Source: Candidatus Heimdallarchaeota archaeon
GTDB lineage: Archaea; Asgardarchaeota; Heimdallarchaeia; Heimdallarchaeales; Heimdallarchaeaceae
DNA: 64,000 bases
Assembly (NCBI GenBank): GCA_016840095.1
Contig: JAEOSZ010000031.1
Coordinates: forward strand, 64,001-128,000
Direction of reading: 5' to 3'
The notes under the pieces are model-generated. The model did not search any database and was not told where the DNA came from. It was given only the letters and a program-made list of their open reading frames with translations. Below, one piece after another: positions 45,626 through 55,418 of this stretch (its first letter is position 1; each line of letters opens with the position of its first letter). The translations under genes were made by a program, and so were the position numbers.

Positions 45626-46357
45626 ATGATTCGTTGTATTATTTATGTAAGAACTTCAACAGCTGATCAAGAATCAGGTCTGGAAACACAAATAGATGAT
45701 GTCACTGCGAAAATCTATCAAGCTGGAGACAGGGAGATAGTCAGAATCATTAGAGATGAAGATGTTCCAGGAGACAGCGATCCAGAATATAGAGATGGAT
45801 TCAAAGAAATTTTGCAAATGGTTGAAGATGATGAATTTGATGAGCTATGGAGTCAGTCAAGAGATAGACTATCAAGGGATGTTGATATTCTAGGTTATAT
45901 CAGAGTCATGCTCAAAAAGAAAGACATTTCCATCATTTGTTTGGATGATGAAGATAACAAAGCTTTTGCTAGAATAAAAGATCTATTTGGTGAAATGGAA
46001 CTTGAGAAATATAGGGAAAAGCGTTACAAAGGAATGTTGAGAAGGATAGAGAGTAAGAAGGTTATGTCACGCCCTCCTTTTGGTTATACAGTTAACGAAG
46101 AAGGAAGCTTAATTATTGATGAAAGTAAAATGGGTCTTATTAGACGTCTTTTTGGTGAGTTTGACAATCCATTTGCATCACTCAAAACACTGAGTATCAA
46201 ATACAATATTCCTGTATCAACATTGAGGAATATTAGGTCAAACCCAATATACCGAACCGGTGAAGTACGTTGGGCAGGGAAAATTGCTTACTATGTTGAC
46301 CCTATTGTTCCTGAAGATAAAGATCAAATGTTAAAAACTGAATGGGAAGCAAACTAA
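45626..46357 (+). CDS. serine recombinase (catalytic domain plus short recombinase DNA-binding domain)
   Basis: YVRTS11T..Q, LETQ, R.GF, DRLSRD, PPFGY, STLRNIRSNPIY.G; no zinc-ribbon. Confidence 0.92.
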   Translation: MIRCIIYVRTSTADQESGLETQIDDVTAKIYQAGDREIVRIIRDEDVPGDSDPEYRDGFKEILQMVEDDEFDELWSQSRDRLSRDVDILGYIRVMLKKKDISIICLDDEDNKAFARIKDLFGEMELEKYREKRYKGMLRRIESKKVMSRPPFGYTVNEEGSLIIDESKMGLIRRLFGEFDNPFASLKTLSIKYNIPVSTLRNIRSNPIYRTGEVRWAGKIAYYVDPIVPEDKDQMLKTEWEAN

Positions 46358-46362
46358 TCTTC

Positions 46363-47268
46363 TCATTCATACATTTCTCTAATATACTCTTTTTCTAGTA
46401 CTAATTTTACATCAGGTATGTTGGTACTGAAACCATGTTCTGTTACAAAACCTGCAATTAAGCTAGCTGGAATTATCTCAAAATAAGGATTATAGACTTT
46501 TACTTCTGCTGGTCTATCTTTAGCCCAAACCTCGCTAGATGGATAGCTTTGTATTGTAAATGGTATCGTTTTCAGAAGTAATTTGAGTGTTGTACTTACA
46601 ACATAGAATGGTACCTTGCATTGAAAAGCAAAAATAGCCAAAGCATGACAACCAATTTTGTTTACAACATTACCATTTGGAAATATAGTATCTGCACCAA
46701 TTAACACTAAATCAGGATTAAGAGCTTTTATCGCTCTACCAACAGCTGCATCAACAAGGTAGTTTACTTTGAAACCTAGGTTTACTACTTCTAAAGCTAA
46801 TTTCTTTCCTTCTAAAGCTGGTCTTGATTCAAATATTGTAAGTTCTGGAAGGTTTTCTTTATCCTGTATTTCGCTAAGTTTTCTAAGAGCACTGAAAATT
46901 GTGCTAGACCTTGACATGGTTACAATGTTTTTACACTTTGAAATTATAGGTAATAGTTTTTCAATCAAATGATCCCTTTGATCATCCATCTTTTGAATCA
47001 CTCTATCAGCTAAATCTTCAACTGCAACTCCATGTTGAAAGAAATCGATAAAATAAATCAGAACATTTCGAAGTGCAGACATTTCTTTCTTTATTTCTAT
47101 TACCTCACGAAGCATCTCAGATAAATCCATTATCTTTCCATACTTAGAAGGATCTTTCTGTATCTCATTTTTTATGAGTAGAATTGCTTTTCTAACAATT
47201 TCTTCAGACCCACTAGTTTTGTCTGCTTTTAAATCGGAAATTCGCTCATGAAATTCTTCTGAATACAC
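46363..47268 (-). CDS. eIF2B alpha/beta/delta-family protein
   Basis: D.TSGS, TMSRSSTI, ESRPALEG, DAA, GAD, NKIG, NPYFE.IP, VTEHG. Confidence 0.88.
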   Translation of the reverse strand: MYSEEFHERISDLKADKTSGSEEIVRKAILLIKNEIQKDPSKYGKIMDLSEMLREVIEIKKEMSALRNVLIYFIDFFQHGVAVEDLADRVIQKMDDQRDHLIEKLLPIISKCKNIVTMSRSSTIFSALRKLSEIQDKENLPELTIFESRPALEGKKLALEVVNLGFKVNYLVDAAVGRAIKALNPDLVLIGADTIFPNGNVVNKIGCHALAIFAFQCKVPFYVVSTTLKLLLKTIPFTIQSYPSSEVWAKDRPAEVKVYNPYFEIIPASLIAGFVTEHGFSTNIPDVKLVLEKEYIREMYE

Positions 47269-47324
47269 AAAGCTTCAATTGGAAATGCCTTTAAAAAGTT
47301 GTTTTTTAAACATATAAAGGAAAA

Positions 47325-48059
47325 TCATATGCCAAAGAAGTCTTTTCTGCTATCTATAATCTCAATGTAAAGTCTATCTAACTTATGGGTTAGATGAATT
47401 ATATGTTCAGGTAGAATTTCTTCATCCCATTTGTTAAAGAAGGATTTGACTGTAGCTAGATCTTCTTCATCAACCATCATATCTTTTTGAAGTCGAATTA
47501 CAAGGAGTGGAATGTTTTTGTTTTCTTCAAGAATATTTTCAACATTTCTTCCAACTAATCTAACGCATTGATTGTACTCTTTTTTCATTTTGCTAGCACC
47601 ATTTTCAATTAACCTCTCTAATCCCTCAAAGGATGCAGGGATAGCCTTCTTTAGGTTGAAACCAGTAACAATAAGGTTGAATGGAAAGAGAAGAGCAATA
47701 ATACTAGCTAGGAAGTAAATTAATGGTACAGGAAGTTTGAATAGGAAATTGAGAAACCAGTGTGGTGTTAATATTCTTGCTGCTCCAACCAAAATAACTC
47801 CTTTACAATTAGGAAGAGCTTTACGACTTAGAAGTTCTATTAAATTGCATCCACCCATGCTATATCCAACAATCATATAGGATCGATTTTCAGGAATAAC
47901 AGATTCCATTTCATCTAAATGATCTTCAATTGAATATCTTTTGTAATTGGTTGTATGTGCAAAATTCTCCTCCCCATACCTTTCTTCATAAGCTGGGTAT
48001 TTCCTGTAATAATTACTGAAACCAGGAGCTAATACCATGAAAGGTTCTTTCTCAGACAT
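47325..48059 (-). CDS. alpha/beta hydrolase
   Basis: PGF oxyanion strand, nucleophile GYSMG, D in KDMMV and C-terminal His. Confidence 0.8.
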   Translation of the reverse strand: MSEKEPFMVLAPGFSNYYRKYPAYEERYGEENFAHTTNYKRYSIEDHLDEMESVIPENRSYMIVGYSMGGCNLIELLSRKALPNCKGVILVGAARILTPHWFLNFLFKLPVPLIYFLASIIALLFPFNLIVTGFNLKKAIPASFEGLERLIENGASKMKKEYNQCVRLVGRNVENILEENKNIPLLVIRLQKDMMVDEEDLATVKSFFNKWDEEILPEHIIHLTHKLDRLYIEIIDSRKDFFGI

Positions 48060-48133
48060 AGTATTTGTGATAGTTAACTTGGTTTTAAGTTTTTTTCAAA
48101 TAATGAGGTTTCAAAGCAAAATCTAAAAAGGAG

Positions 48134-49060
48134 TTGAAATATCAATCCAGTATGGTTAATTTCCTCTTCATCATTTCAGTGTTTTCTGGTTTAGCTTCTT
48201 TTGCTCTTTATAACATTGGTTTTGTTCTGGAGAAGAAAGCAATAAACAAAATGTCAGAGGAAATGAAAAAGACTACAAAAGCCATGTTGAAATCGATTTT
48301 AAAGAATAAACTTTGGTTATTTGGATTACTCCTAACTATACTAAGTATAGGTTTTTACTATGTAGCATTGTTATGGGCTCCACTAAGTGCTATTGCACCT
48401 TTAGCTGGTTTTGGAATCATAGTTTTGGTTATTTTTGCTCATGTAGATCTCAAAGAAACAGTTAGAAGAATTGAACTCATTGGTTTCCTTCTAATCCTTG
48501 GAGGAATAACAGCTTCTTCATATCTAACAAGCTTAGGTGAGTCTTCTCTTTCTTGGAGTCAATGGAAAACAGTTTCTCATTCATGGCAAAGTGTAATTAT
48601 GATAGTTGGAAGTCTTATTATTGCAATATCATTTACCTTTGTACCTGTGATTTTTAAAAGAAAAATAAGACCTTTTGATATAGCAATTTTTGCTGGAATT
48701 ATTGCTGGTCTTCAGGCAATAGTAATTAAAGGAGTCACAATATGGACTTCAGAAGGAAATTGGAATACAGACATAGTTATTGCTGTAGTGTATGTTTTTG
48801 GATTCTTATTAACTGCTCTTCTGTCTACAGGAAGTCTTCAATTCGCATTTAGAGAAGGGAAGGTTTCTAGTATCATGTCAATTTACAATGGAGTCATGAC
48901 TATATTTCCAATATTCTTTGGAGGAATTCTTCTTGGAGAATGGAATTTGCTATCGGTTCTAGAGCAAACATTTCTAGGAATTTCAATTTTCGTAACTTTA
49001 GCTGGAGTAGTGATCATAAGTTTTCATCACACTCATTCTTTCACAGAAACTAGTCGATGA
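48134..49060 (+). CDS. DMT-superfamily transporter (NIPA-like)
   Basis: About 9 TM helices; NIGFVLEKKA, WLFG, ALLWAPLSAIAPL, LQFAF, ILLGE. Start may be ATG 48152. Confidence 0.8.
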   Translation: MKYQSSMVNFLFIISVFSGLASFALYNIGFVLEKKAINKMSEEMKKTTKAMLKSILKNKLWLFGLLLTILSIGFYYVALLWAPLSAIAPLAGFGIIVLVIFAHVDLKETVRRIELIGFLLILGGITASSYLTSLGESSLSWSQWKTVSHSWQSVIMIVGSLIIAISFTFVPVIFKRKIRPFDIAIFAGIIAGLQAIVIKGVTIWTSEGNWNTDIVIAVVYVFGFLLTALLSTGSLQFAFREGKVSSIMSIYNGVMTIFPIFFGGILLGEWNLLSVLEQTFLGISIFVTLAGVVIISFHHTHSFTETSR

Positions 49061-50388
49061 GTAATTTTTTCAATTTCATCTAATGACATATCAATATCTT
49101 GGTTCAATAAAATGGAATTTTCCACAATCAATTTTCCATTACTTATTACATTTGTAACATCATTTCCCTTCATTGAGTAGGCGAAGTGATTAAGAATATA
49201 ATTTTCATCAAAGTTAGGTGTTAAATGTGGTTTCCTGAGGTTGATTGTTACAATATCTGCAAATGAACCTTTCTCTAAAGTTCCAATCCCTTCCCATCCA
49301 AGAGCTTTAGCTCCACCAATAGTAGCTAATTTCAATACTTCCTCTGCTTTTATTACAACAGGATTATGTTGAAGTCCCTTGTAGTATAATGCTAGAAATC
49401 TAATTGTATCAAAAAGATCCAATGTATTGTTACTAGAGGGGCCATCAGTACCTAAGCCTATCCTGTCTATTGATTGAATCATTTTGGGAATAGGTGGCAT
49501 GTAATTTCCAAGTTTAGCATTTGAAAGTGGATTAATTGAGATTCTTGTTCCTCTTTCTTTTAATGTTTCAATGTCTTTATCGTTTACATGAATACAGTGA
49601 GCTGCAATTAGATTCTCATCTAAAACTCCAATTTTATCAAGAAATTCTACTGGTGTTTTCACATCTGGATAGGGAACATCAAATTTGTTGTTGAAACTCT
49701 TGCTATCTTCAATTTCAGTTTCAGATTCAGCTAAGTGAGTATGAATGTACACCTGAGGAATATCTGTGTTCTCAGAGTTATATTCATCTATGAATTGATG
49801 AGCAGCTTTGAAATCAGCAATATTAACAGTATAAGGAGAATGTAAAGCCAAGGAAACACGTATAGTTTCATCCATAGTATTATGATGTTCCTTAACAATT
49901 TCAATAGCCTCTTCTAAGGTAGTTATACCGGTGAGTAAAGGTGCAGCGACCATCCCTTTCAAACCTATATCAGTGATTGCTTTTGCTTCGAATTTTGGAT
50001 ACCAATACATTGAATTAACTGTTGTGACACCACTAAGTATTGATTCCATACTCCCAAGTAGAGCACCTTGATAAACGTCTTCACCAGTTAATTTAGCTTC
50101 TAAGGGCCAAATGTGATCCTCTAACCAAGTTTTTAGAGGAAGATTATCTGCAATTCCTCGAAAAATTGTCATAGCTATATGTGTGTGGCAATTTATTAAA
50201 CCTGGAATAATAAGCTGATTTTTATCTCCAATCACATCATGGCCAGACAAGTACTGTTTCATCCTAACATAAGGACCAATTTCTACTATTCTATCTTCTT
50301 CAATAATCAGTAGGGGATGCTTAACAAATTTAAGATTTAAATCTTTATCAAAGTAAATTGCCACTCTACCTTCAACAGCAAGTTCCAT
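49033..50388 (-). CDS. MtaD/DadD-like amidohydrolase (MTA/SAH/5'-deoxyadenosine deaminase family)
   Basis: PGLINCHTH, WLEDHIWPLE, HSPY, HTHLAE, AAHC, SNAKL, GTDG..SNN. Start moved to ATG at 50388. Confidence 0.85.
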   Translation of the reverse strand: MELAVEGRVAIYFDKDLNLKFVKHPLLIIEEDRIVEIGPYVRMKQYLSGHDVIGDKNQLIIPGLINCHTHIAMTIFRGIADNLPLKTWLEDHIWPLEAKLTGEDVYQGALLGSMESILSGVTTVNSMYWYPKFEAKAITDIGLKGMVAAPLLTGITTLEEAIEIVKEHHNTMDETIRVSLALHSPYTVNIADFKAAHQFIDEYNSENTDIPQVYIHTHLAESETEIEDSKSFNNKFDVPYPDVKTPVEFLDKIGVLDENLIAAHCIHVNDKDIETLKERGTRISINPLSNAKLGNYMPPIPKMIQSIDRIGLGTDGPSSNNTLDLFDTIRFLALYYKGLQHNPVVIKAEEVLKLATIGGAKALGWEGIGTLEKGSFADIVTINLRKPHLTPNFDENYILNHFAYSMKGNDVTNVISNGKLIVENSILLNQDIDMSLDEIEKITHRLVSVKE

Positions 50389-50450
50389 AAGAGAGAAAAA
50401 GAAGAAAATTATTTGAGTGTTGTCTAAGTGATACAATTATATTTAGAAAA

Positions 50451-51512
50451 CTAAGTCAAATAAACAGGCTTGTAAGGATAAATTGGAATAACTTGATTAC
50501 ACTTAGGGCATCTACCTTTTTCTGTTAGAGAATTGAAGATAACTGAAAAAATATTCCTCTTTATCAGTAATTCAGAGCAATTGGGGCAATATGTACTTTG
50601 GAAGGGATGACCAGGGATGTTCCCCAAGTAGACGAAATTTAACCCTTCATCTTTTGCAATGGTGTGAGCTTTTTGAAGTTGTGAGATTGAAGTTTTTTCT
50701 ATCCTTGTTAAGTAGGATGGAAAGTATCTTATGAAATGAACAGGTGTGTTGACAGAAAGATTCTTTATAACATCTTGAGCGAAATCCCTAATAAACTCCT
50801 CATCATCATTGATTGTTGGAATTAATAAGTAAACGAGTTCGATATGGATGCTTCTTTGATAAGCCATCTGTAGATTTTCCCAAACATATTTGAGCTTCAT
50901 ATCTAGCAAACAATCCACAACATTTTCTGTTCCTTTAAAACTAACAGTCATCCCAGTCATTCCAGCTGAGATGAGATAATCTAAAGCTTCACCAGTCATG
51001 TAACCATTGGTAACAATCATTTTGTAATAATCATTTGTGACTAGTTGGAATACATCAACAGCAAATTCTAGAGAAAGAGTAGGCTCATTGAATGAGAAAC
51101 AAACACCATTAATTGATGGATTAAAAGAAGCATTCTCTGCAACTTTTTCTGGTGTCATTAGACTTGCATCTGTATATTTTTCTGGAGGAGGATTTTTAGT
51201 TATATCCCAATTCAAGCACCAATCGCATTCAAAGTTACATCCCCATGAACCTAAAGTCAAAGCTGTTGAACCAGGAAAATAATGATATGCAGGTTTTTTC
51301 TCAATTGGGTTTAAACTGTAACTAGAAACATCCCCATATTGAAGAGTATACAACTTTCCTTCAAAATTCCTTCTTGTTTTACATTTGCCTATTTCTCCCT
51401 CTTGAATAACACACATTCTTCTGCATGTTAAACATTGAACACTGTCACCACTCATCTTTTTGAAGAGATATGATTGTTTAATTCGTGGATCATCTGTGTT
51501 CAATGTATTCAT
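50451..51512 (-). CDS. amrS: AmmeMemoRadiSam radical SAM enzyme
   Basis: CLTCRRMC...GKC, PIEKKP.YHYFPG, CNFECDWCLNWDI, FNEP, TNGY, VYLGN, TYCPNC, CPKC. Confidence 0.92.
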   Translation of the reverse strand: MNTLNTDDPRIKQSYLFKKMSGDSVQCLTCRRMCVIQEGEIGKCKTRRNFEGKLYTLQYGDVSSYSLNPIEKKPAYHYFPGSTALTLGSWGCNFECDWCLNWDITKNPPPEKYTDASLMTPEKVAENASFNPSINGVCFSFNEPTLSLEFAVDVFQLVTNDYYKMIVTNGYMTGEALDYLISAGMTGMTVSFKGTENVVDCLLDMKLKYVWENLQMAYQRSIHIELVYLLIPTINDDEEFIRDFAQDVIKNLSVNTPVHFIRYFPSYLTRIEKTSISQLQKAHTIAKDEGLNFVYLGNIPGHPFQSTYCPNCSELLIKRNIFSVIFNSLTEKGRCPKCNQVIPIYPYKPVYLT

Positions 51513-51623
51513 TTCTTATGTAGGATATTTCCTATAAAAGATTGTTGTAGTCTTTAACTCAATTCTATGATGTAATTAGAAACATTTTTTATTTTAGTGA
51601 CAAATACATATTAGGTTTCGATC

Positions 51624-52283
51624 TTGAGTTATGTTCTAATGAAAGTTCTTGAATCTGCTCCCCATAGGTACGATAAAGGTATAAAGATTCTAACTTTAGG
51701 GAAAATTGACAAAGCATACGATAGGGTAATTGAAAACATAAAGAAACATGATAATGTTCTAGATATTGGTTGTGGAACTGGAATGTTATCTTTTAGAGCT
51801 GTTATTAAAGGTGCAACAGTAATAGGAATTGACATCAATCCAGAAATGCTAGAAATTGCAGAAAAAAGAACGGAAGAGCTCAAAGTAGAAGAGAAGATAA
51901 AATTTCTAGAAATGGGAGTTGCTGAATTAGATCGATTTGAAAATGAATCATTTGAAGTAGTTGTTAGTGGATTATGTTTTTCAGAGCTAAGTGATGATGA
52001 AATTTCTTATACATTACATCAAATTAAACGGATTTTGCATACTGAAGGTAAATTTCTCTTAGTTGATGAAACTAGGAGTAAATCAATTGTAAAGAGAATT
52101 GTAAACTTGTTTTTACGGGTACCTCTTATTATTCTAACGTACATTCTAACCCAAACCACTTCCAGAGCTTTAAAAAATATTGAGAAAGAAATAGAAGAAA
52201 CTGGCTTAAAAATCCAATCTAGAAAATCGAATTTTCTAGATAATTTTGTTGAATTAGTAATTGTTAGGAAGGATATGAAATGA
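51624..52283 (+). CDS. cpaM: corrinoid protein-associated SAM-dependent methyltransferase
   Basis: YVLMKVLESAPHRYDKGI N-terminus, LDIGCGTG, SGLCFSEL, YILTQTTS; 4-bp overlap with the HgcAB-like gene. Confidence 0.8.
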   Translation: MSYVLMKVLESAPHRYDKGIKILTLGKIDKAYDRVIENIKKHDNVLDIGCGTGMLSFRAVIKGATVIGIDINPEMLEIAEKRTEELKVEEKIKFLEMGVAELDRFENESFEVVVSGLCFSELSDDEISYTLHQIKRILHTEGKFLLVDETRSKSIVKRIVNLFLRVPLIILTYILTQTTSRALKNIEKEIEETGLKIQSRKSNFLDNFVELVIVRKDMK

Positions 52284-53425
52284 GATTATTCTACTACATT
52301 TATTATGGCTTTATTACCATTCTGGAGACATTGATGAGAATGTTTCCCTTTCCTGCTAAAACAGGATATCAGAAAGTTGGGAAGCCTGATGAAGATTCTC
52401 CGGTCCTTTTAACATGTAATTTTCATTTAACTATCTTGCGATTGAAAAAAGCTACAAGAGGACTGAATTATCATCTTCTGGTTGCTAATAGCAAAGGTAT
52501 TAATGTCTGGTGTGCTGCGACAGGAGGTCATTTTAACGATCATTCTGTAATTTCAGTCATAAAGTTGAGTGGAATTGAAAATAAAGTAAATCACAAGAAA
52601 ATTATTCTTCCACAACTAGCTGCACCAGGTGTAGAAGCAAAAGAAATTCAAAAAAGGATCGGTTGGAAGGTTCTATGGGGTCCAGTTGATTTAAAAGATA
52701 TACCTGAGTTTTTTGAAACAAATTTTGAAAAAACAGATCCGATGAAAGAAGTGAAGTTTAAACTAATCCAAAGAATTGAGATGGCAATTATGTGGTCATT
52801 TCTTGCAAGTATAGTAGTAATGCCAATATGGGGACCATTGTTTAAACTTGAAGCAGCATTCATGTTAGCACAGATATTCTTCATTTACTTGCTATCACTA
52901 ATTTCGTTTCCAATATTTGAAAAAATCTTTCAAAAAGAAGTTGAAAAGAAGAAGGCTTTTTTCACAGTTGGTAATCTTATAGTTGTTCTTATCAATCTCA
53001 TTTATGCAACAATTGGCGTAGTATTGTATGTGATTGTTTATCAAAAAGATTATTCTTGGATTTTACTTAGGTGGTGTATTGTCTCGTTCCTATTGGTTCT
53101 ATTAGCAAATATGGAACTTAAAGGATCAACTCCAACATACAAGAGTGATTCTCATGCTGACAAACTGTTTGATGTAGGGATAGATTTTGAGAGATGCAGG
53201 GGAACAGGAATCTGTATTGATGTTTGTCCAAGAAACTGTTATAAGATGGATACGGAGAAGAATAAAATTACCATGCCTAGGCAAAAATATTGTGTTCAGT
53301 GTGGGGCTTGTATTGTTCAATGTCCATTTGACGCTCTTTATTTCATTAATAGAAAAGGAGATACAATCAACCCTAGTACAGTAAGAAAATTCAAGCTAAA
53401 TCTAATGGGTAAGAGAGTTGACTAA
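52280..53425 (+). CDS. fused HgcAB-like protein (corrinoid-binding domain, TM helices, ferredoxin)
   Basis: SPVLLTCN, GINVWCAATGG, ILPQLAAPG, WGPV, 4-5 TM helices, CRGTGICIDVCP and CVQCGACIVQCP. Confidence 0.9.
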   Translation: MRLFYYIYYGFITILETLMRMFPFPAKTGYQKVGKPDEDSPVLLTCNFHLTILRLKKATRGLNYHLLVANSKGINVWCAATGGHFNDHSVISVIKLSGIENKVNHKKIILPQLAAPGVEAKEIQKRIGWKVLWGPVDLKDIPEFFETNFEKTDPMKEVKFKLIQRIEMAIMWSFLASIVVMPIWGPLFKLEAAFMLAQIFFIYLLSLISFPIFEKIFQKEVEKKKAFFTVGNLIVVLINLIYATIGVVLYVIVYQKDYSWILLRWCIVSFLLVLLANMELKGSTPTYKSDSHADKLFDVGIDFERCRGTGICIDVCPRNCYKMDTEKNKITMPRQKYCVQCGACIVQCPFDALYFINRKGDTINPSTVRKFKLNLMGKRVD

Positions 53426-55302
53426 TACACAATTACCTGTTTCTTCTGACTACCTGCTACCATAACTATTGGTAACCATTCAATGAAAGGAACCATTTTT
53501 TGTTCTTCCAGAACATAGTCTCTAAATTTAAGTGATAGTGGATTTGCTAGATTGAATGAAAATGGTGTCAAAGAATTGTAATCAACAATAGGAAGTGTAA
53601 TCTTGGAACTGTTTGTAAATACAGTATTATTAGCTACGTAAGTTGTTGTATTTGCCCACAAAGGATCTCCAGTGTTAGGGTTTGGTTCAAATCTTGGGTA
53701 ATTTGAACTAGATACATCTATTCTAAGCTTGTGACCTTCATTGAAGAGATATGCAGTACTATCTAATTCTAAGTTTATCTCATAAATTGAATCAGGAGTA
53801 AGAAATTCCCAATCAGTTAAACTATTTCTATTTCTTGCTCTGATAATTGTATCTGTTATAATCATAGATCTGTTATCTGGATAAACATCAATTAACTTGA
53901 CTGTAAAATCAGTATCTGTACAATTAGAGCTTATGAAGAGAGAGACTTCAACTTGACCTGCAATAGTCAAAGGTTGTGCAAGAACAGGAGTGGAAAAGCG
54001 AAGAATATCATCTCGGTAATCTAAAGGTTGTTGATCATATATTCCAGCGTCAATCGCTAGATTACCTCCACCAATAGTGAGAACAGGATTATTTGGATCA
54101 TAATGAAAAGTTATACTTTCTGTCAAGGAATTACTTATTGAGGGAGTACTAGCAATAGGTGAGTATACTGATGGAAGCAAACTTAGATTTGAATACAAAT
54201 ATAGATCATCAGGAACAGATGCAATTGGCCAGGAAGAAGCTTGGTACCAATTATTACCCAACAGACCTGGATTATGTTCTAGTGAACTCATAAGATAGTA
54301 CATAACTGGGGGTAACATATCCCATGAACTAGAGTTACCCAATAACCATTTATCAAAAATGGCATCAGTTGCTTGGATTATAATCCCAGGATTTTGATAA
54401 GGAAAAGAAATGACACCTGTTGGAGCTCCAAACATCCCCCCATGTACCCAAGGACCCATGATTAGTTTTGCATTGCCTGCTGCTCCTAAACCTCCTTGAG
54501 TCTGGTATCCATTGAACCCATCAATTGAACCTTGAGCAAAAATATCATACCATCCTCCCAGATGAATAGATGCAGCATGAATATCTGAAAAATTATTTCT
54601 TATATCTCCTTGTGCCCAAAATTCACTGTATTTCTCATAAGTTTGCATCATATCAAAAGTACTTTCTGGAAAACCATTTGCTAGTGACCAAGGGATTATT
54701 AGCTCACTCCTTAATTGTCCTCCTCTAAAAACTGCCTCATAGACATTGGGAGTTGCAACTGTAGGAAATTGACATACTAAAGAATCTGGCGCTTTAGGCG
54801 CCATAAGATATTGAGCTATACCCAGCGCCGATAAACCCCATGTTCCAATTTTTCCGTTACACCAGGGTTGATCTGTTATCCACCATAAGGAATCTTGGCC
54901 ATCATTTTGTTCTGAAAAAAATGGTAGTGTTAATTCACCTTCTGAACCAAAAAATCCTCTGAAGTCTTGTAAAACTACTATCATACCTTCTTCAGCATAG
55001 CCTGCAAGTGCAGTTAAAGCATCTTTATTATATGGTGTTCTCACAAAAATCACAGGTTTGGATTCATTGATGTAAAGAGGTAGATAAACATCAGTTGCCA
55101 GTCCTATGTCATCTCTCATAGGCACTAAATATGATACTTTAGCATAATGAGTATAGTAAGTTGTATTAGTTGGATAATCCCAGTCGAATAACTCATTAGG
55201 AGGAGTATTTTTTGGTACAAATATAACTAGTAAAGTAGTTGAAGCGGCTACGATAATAATAGAAACTATGATTAGAGTAATTAGTTTGGTCTTCACAATC
55301 AC
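53422..55302 (-). CDS. CocE/NonD family hydrolase with N-terminal membrane anchor
   Basis: VPMRDD..LATDVYLP, RTPY, QDFRG...SEG, QPWCNGKIG, GLSA, GGWYD, GPWVH, SSSNYPRF. Confidence 0.93.
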   Translation of the reverse strand: MIVKTKLITLIIVSIIIVAASTTLLVIFVPKNTPPNELFDWDYPTNTTYYTHYAKVSYLVPMRDDIGLATDVYLPLYINESKPVIFVRTPYNKDALTALAGYAEEGMIVVLQDFRGFFGSEGELTLPFFSEQNDGQDSLWWITDQPWCNGKIGTWGLSALGIAQYLMAPKAPDSLVCQFPTVATPNVYEAVFRGGQLRSELIIPWSLANGFPESTFDMMQTYEKYSEFWAQGDIRNNFSDIHAASIHLGGWYDIFAQGSIDGFNGYQTQGGLGAAGNAKLIMGPWVHGGMFGAPTGVISFPYQNPGIIIQATDAIFDKWLLGNSSSWDMLPPVMYYLMSSLEHNPGLLGNNWYQASSWPIASVPDDLYLYSNLSLLPSVYSPIASTPSISNSLTESITFHYDPNNPVLTIGGGNLAIDAGIYDQQPLDYRDDILRFSTPVLAQPLTIAGQVEVSLFISSNCTDTDFTVKLIDVYPDNRSMIITDTIIRARNRNSLTDWEFLTPDSIYEINLELDSTAYLFNEGHKLRIDVSSSNYPRFEPNPNTGDPLWANTTTYVANNTVFTNSSKITLPIVDYNSLTPFSFNLANPLSLKFRDYVLEEQKMVPFIEWLPIVMVAGSQKKQVIVY

Positions 55303-55418
55303 ACTTTAAGCTAGTTGAATATATTTCTTTGGTTTTACTAGTTACTTGAGTTTCCAAATAAGTTGAAGAAAGGATACGTTTCAAAAGTATTATAAACGCA
55401 TTCAGTTCATTCAAGATA

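Noticed and set aside
43903-46362. Integrated element bounded by att direct repeats, or an IS607-type transposon
   Set aside because: No convincing flanking repeats, no tnpB, and the recombinase lacks the N-terminal HTH of IS607 TnpA.
52280-53425. Calling the locus a mercury methylase (hgcA/hgcB)
   Set aside because: Fused architecture, NVWCAATGG instead of NVWCAAGK, a degenerate first ferredoxin motif and no terminal Cys pair.
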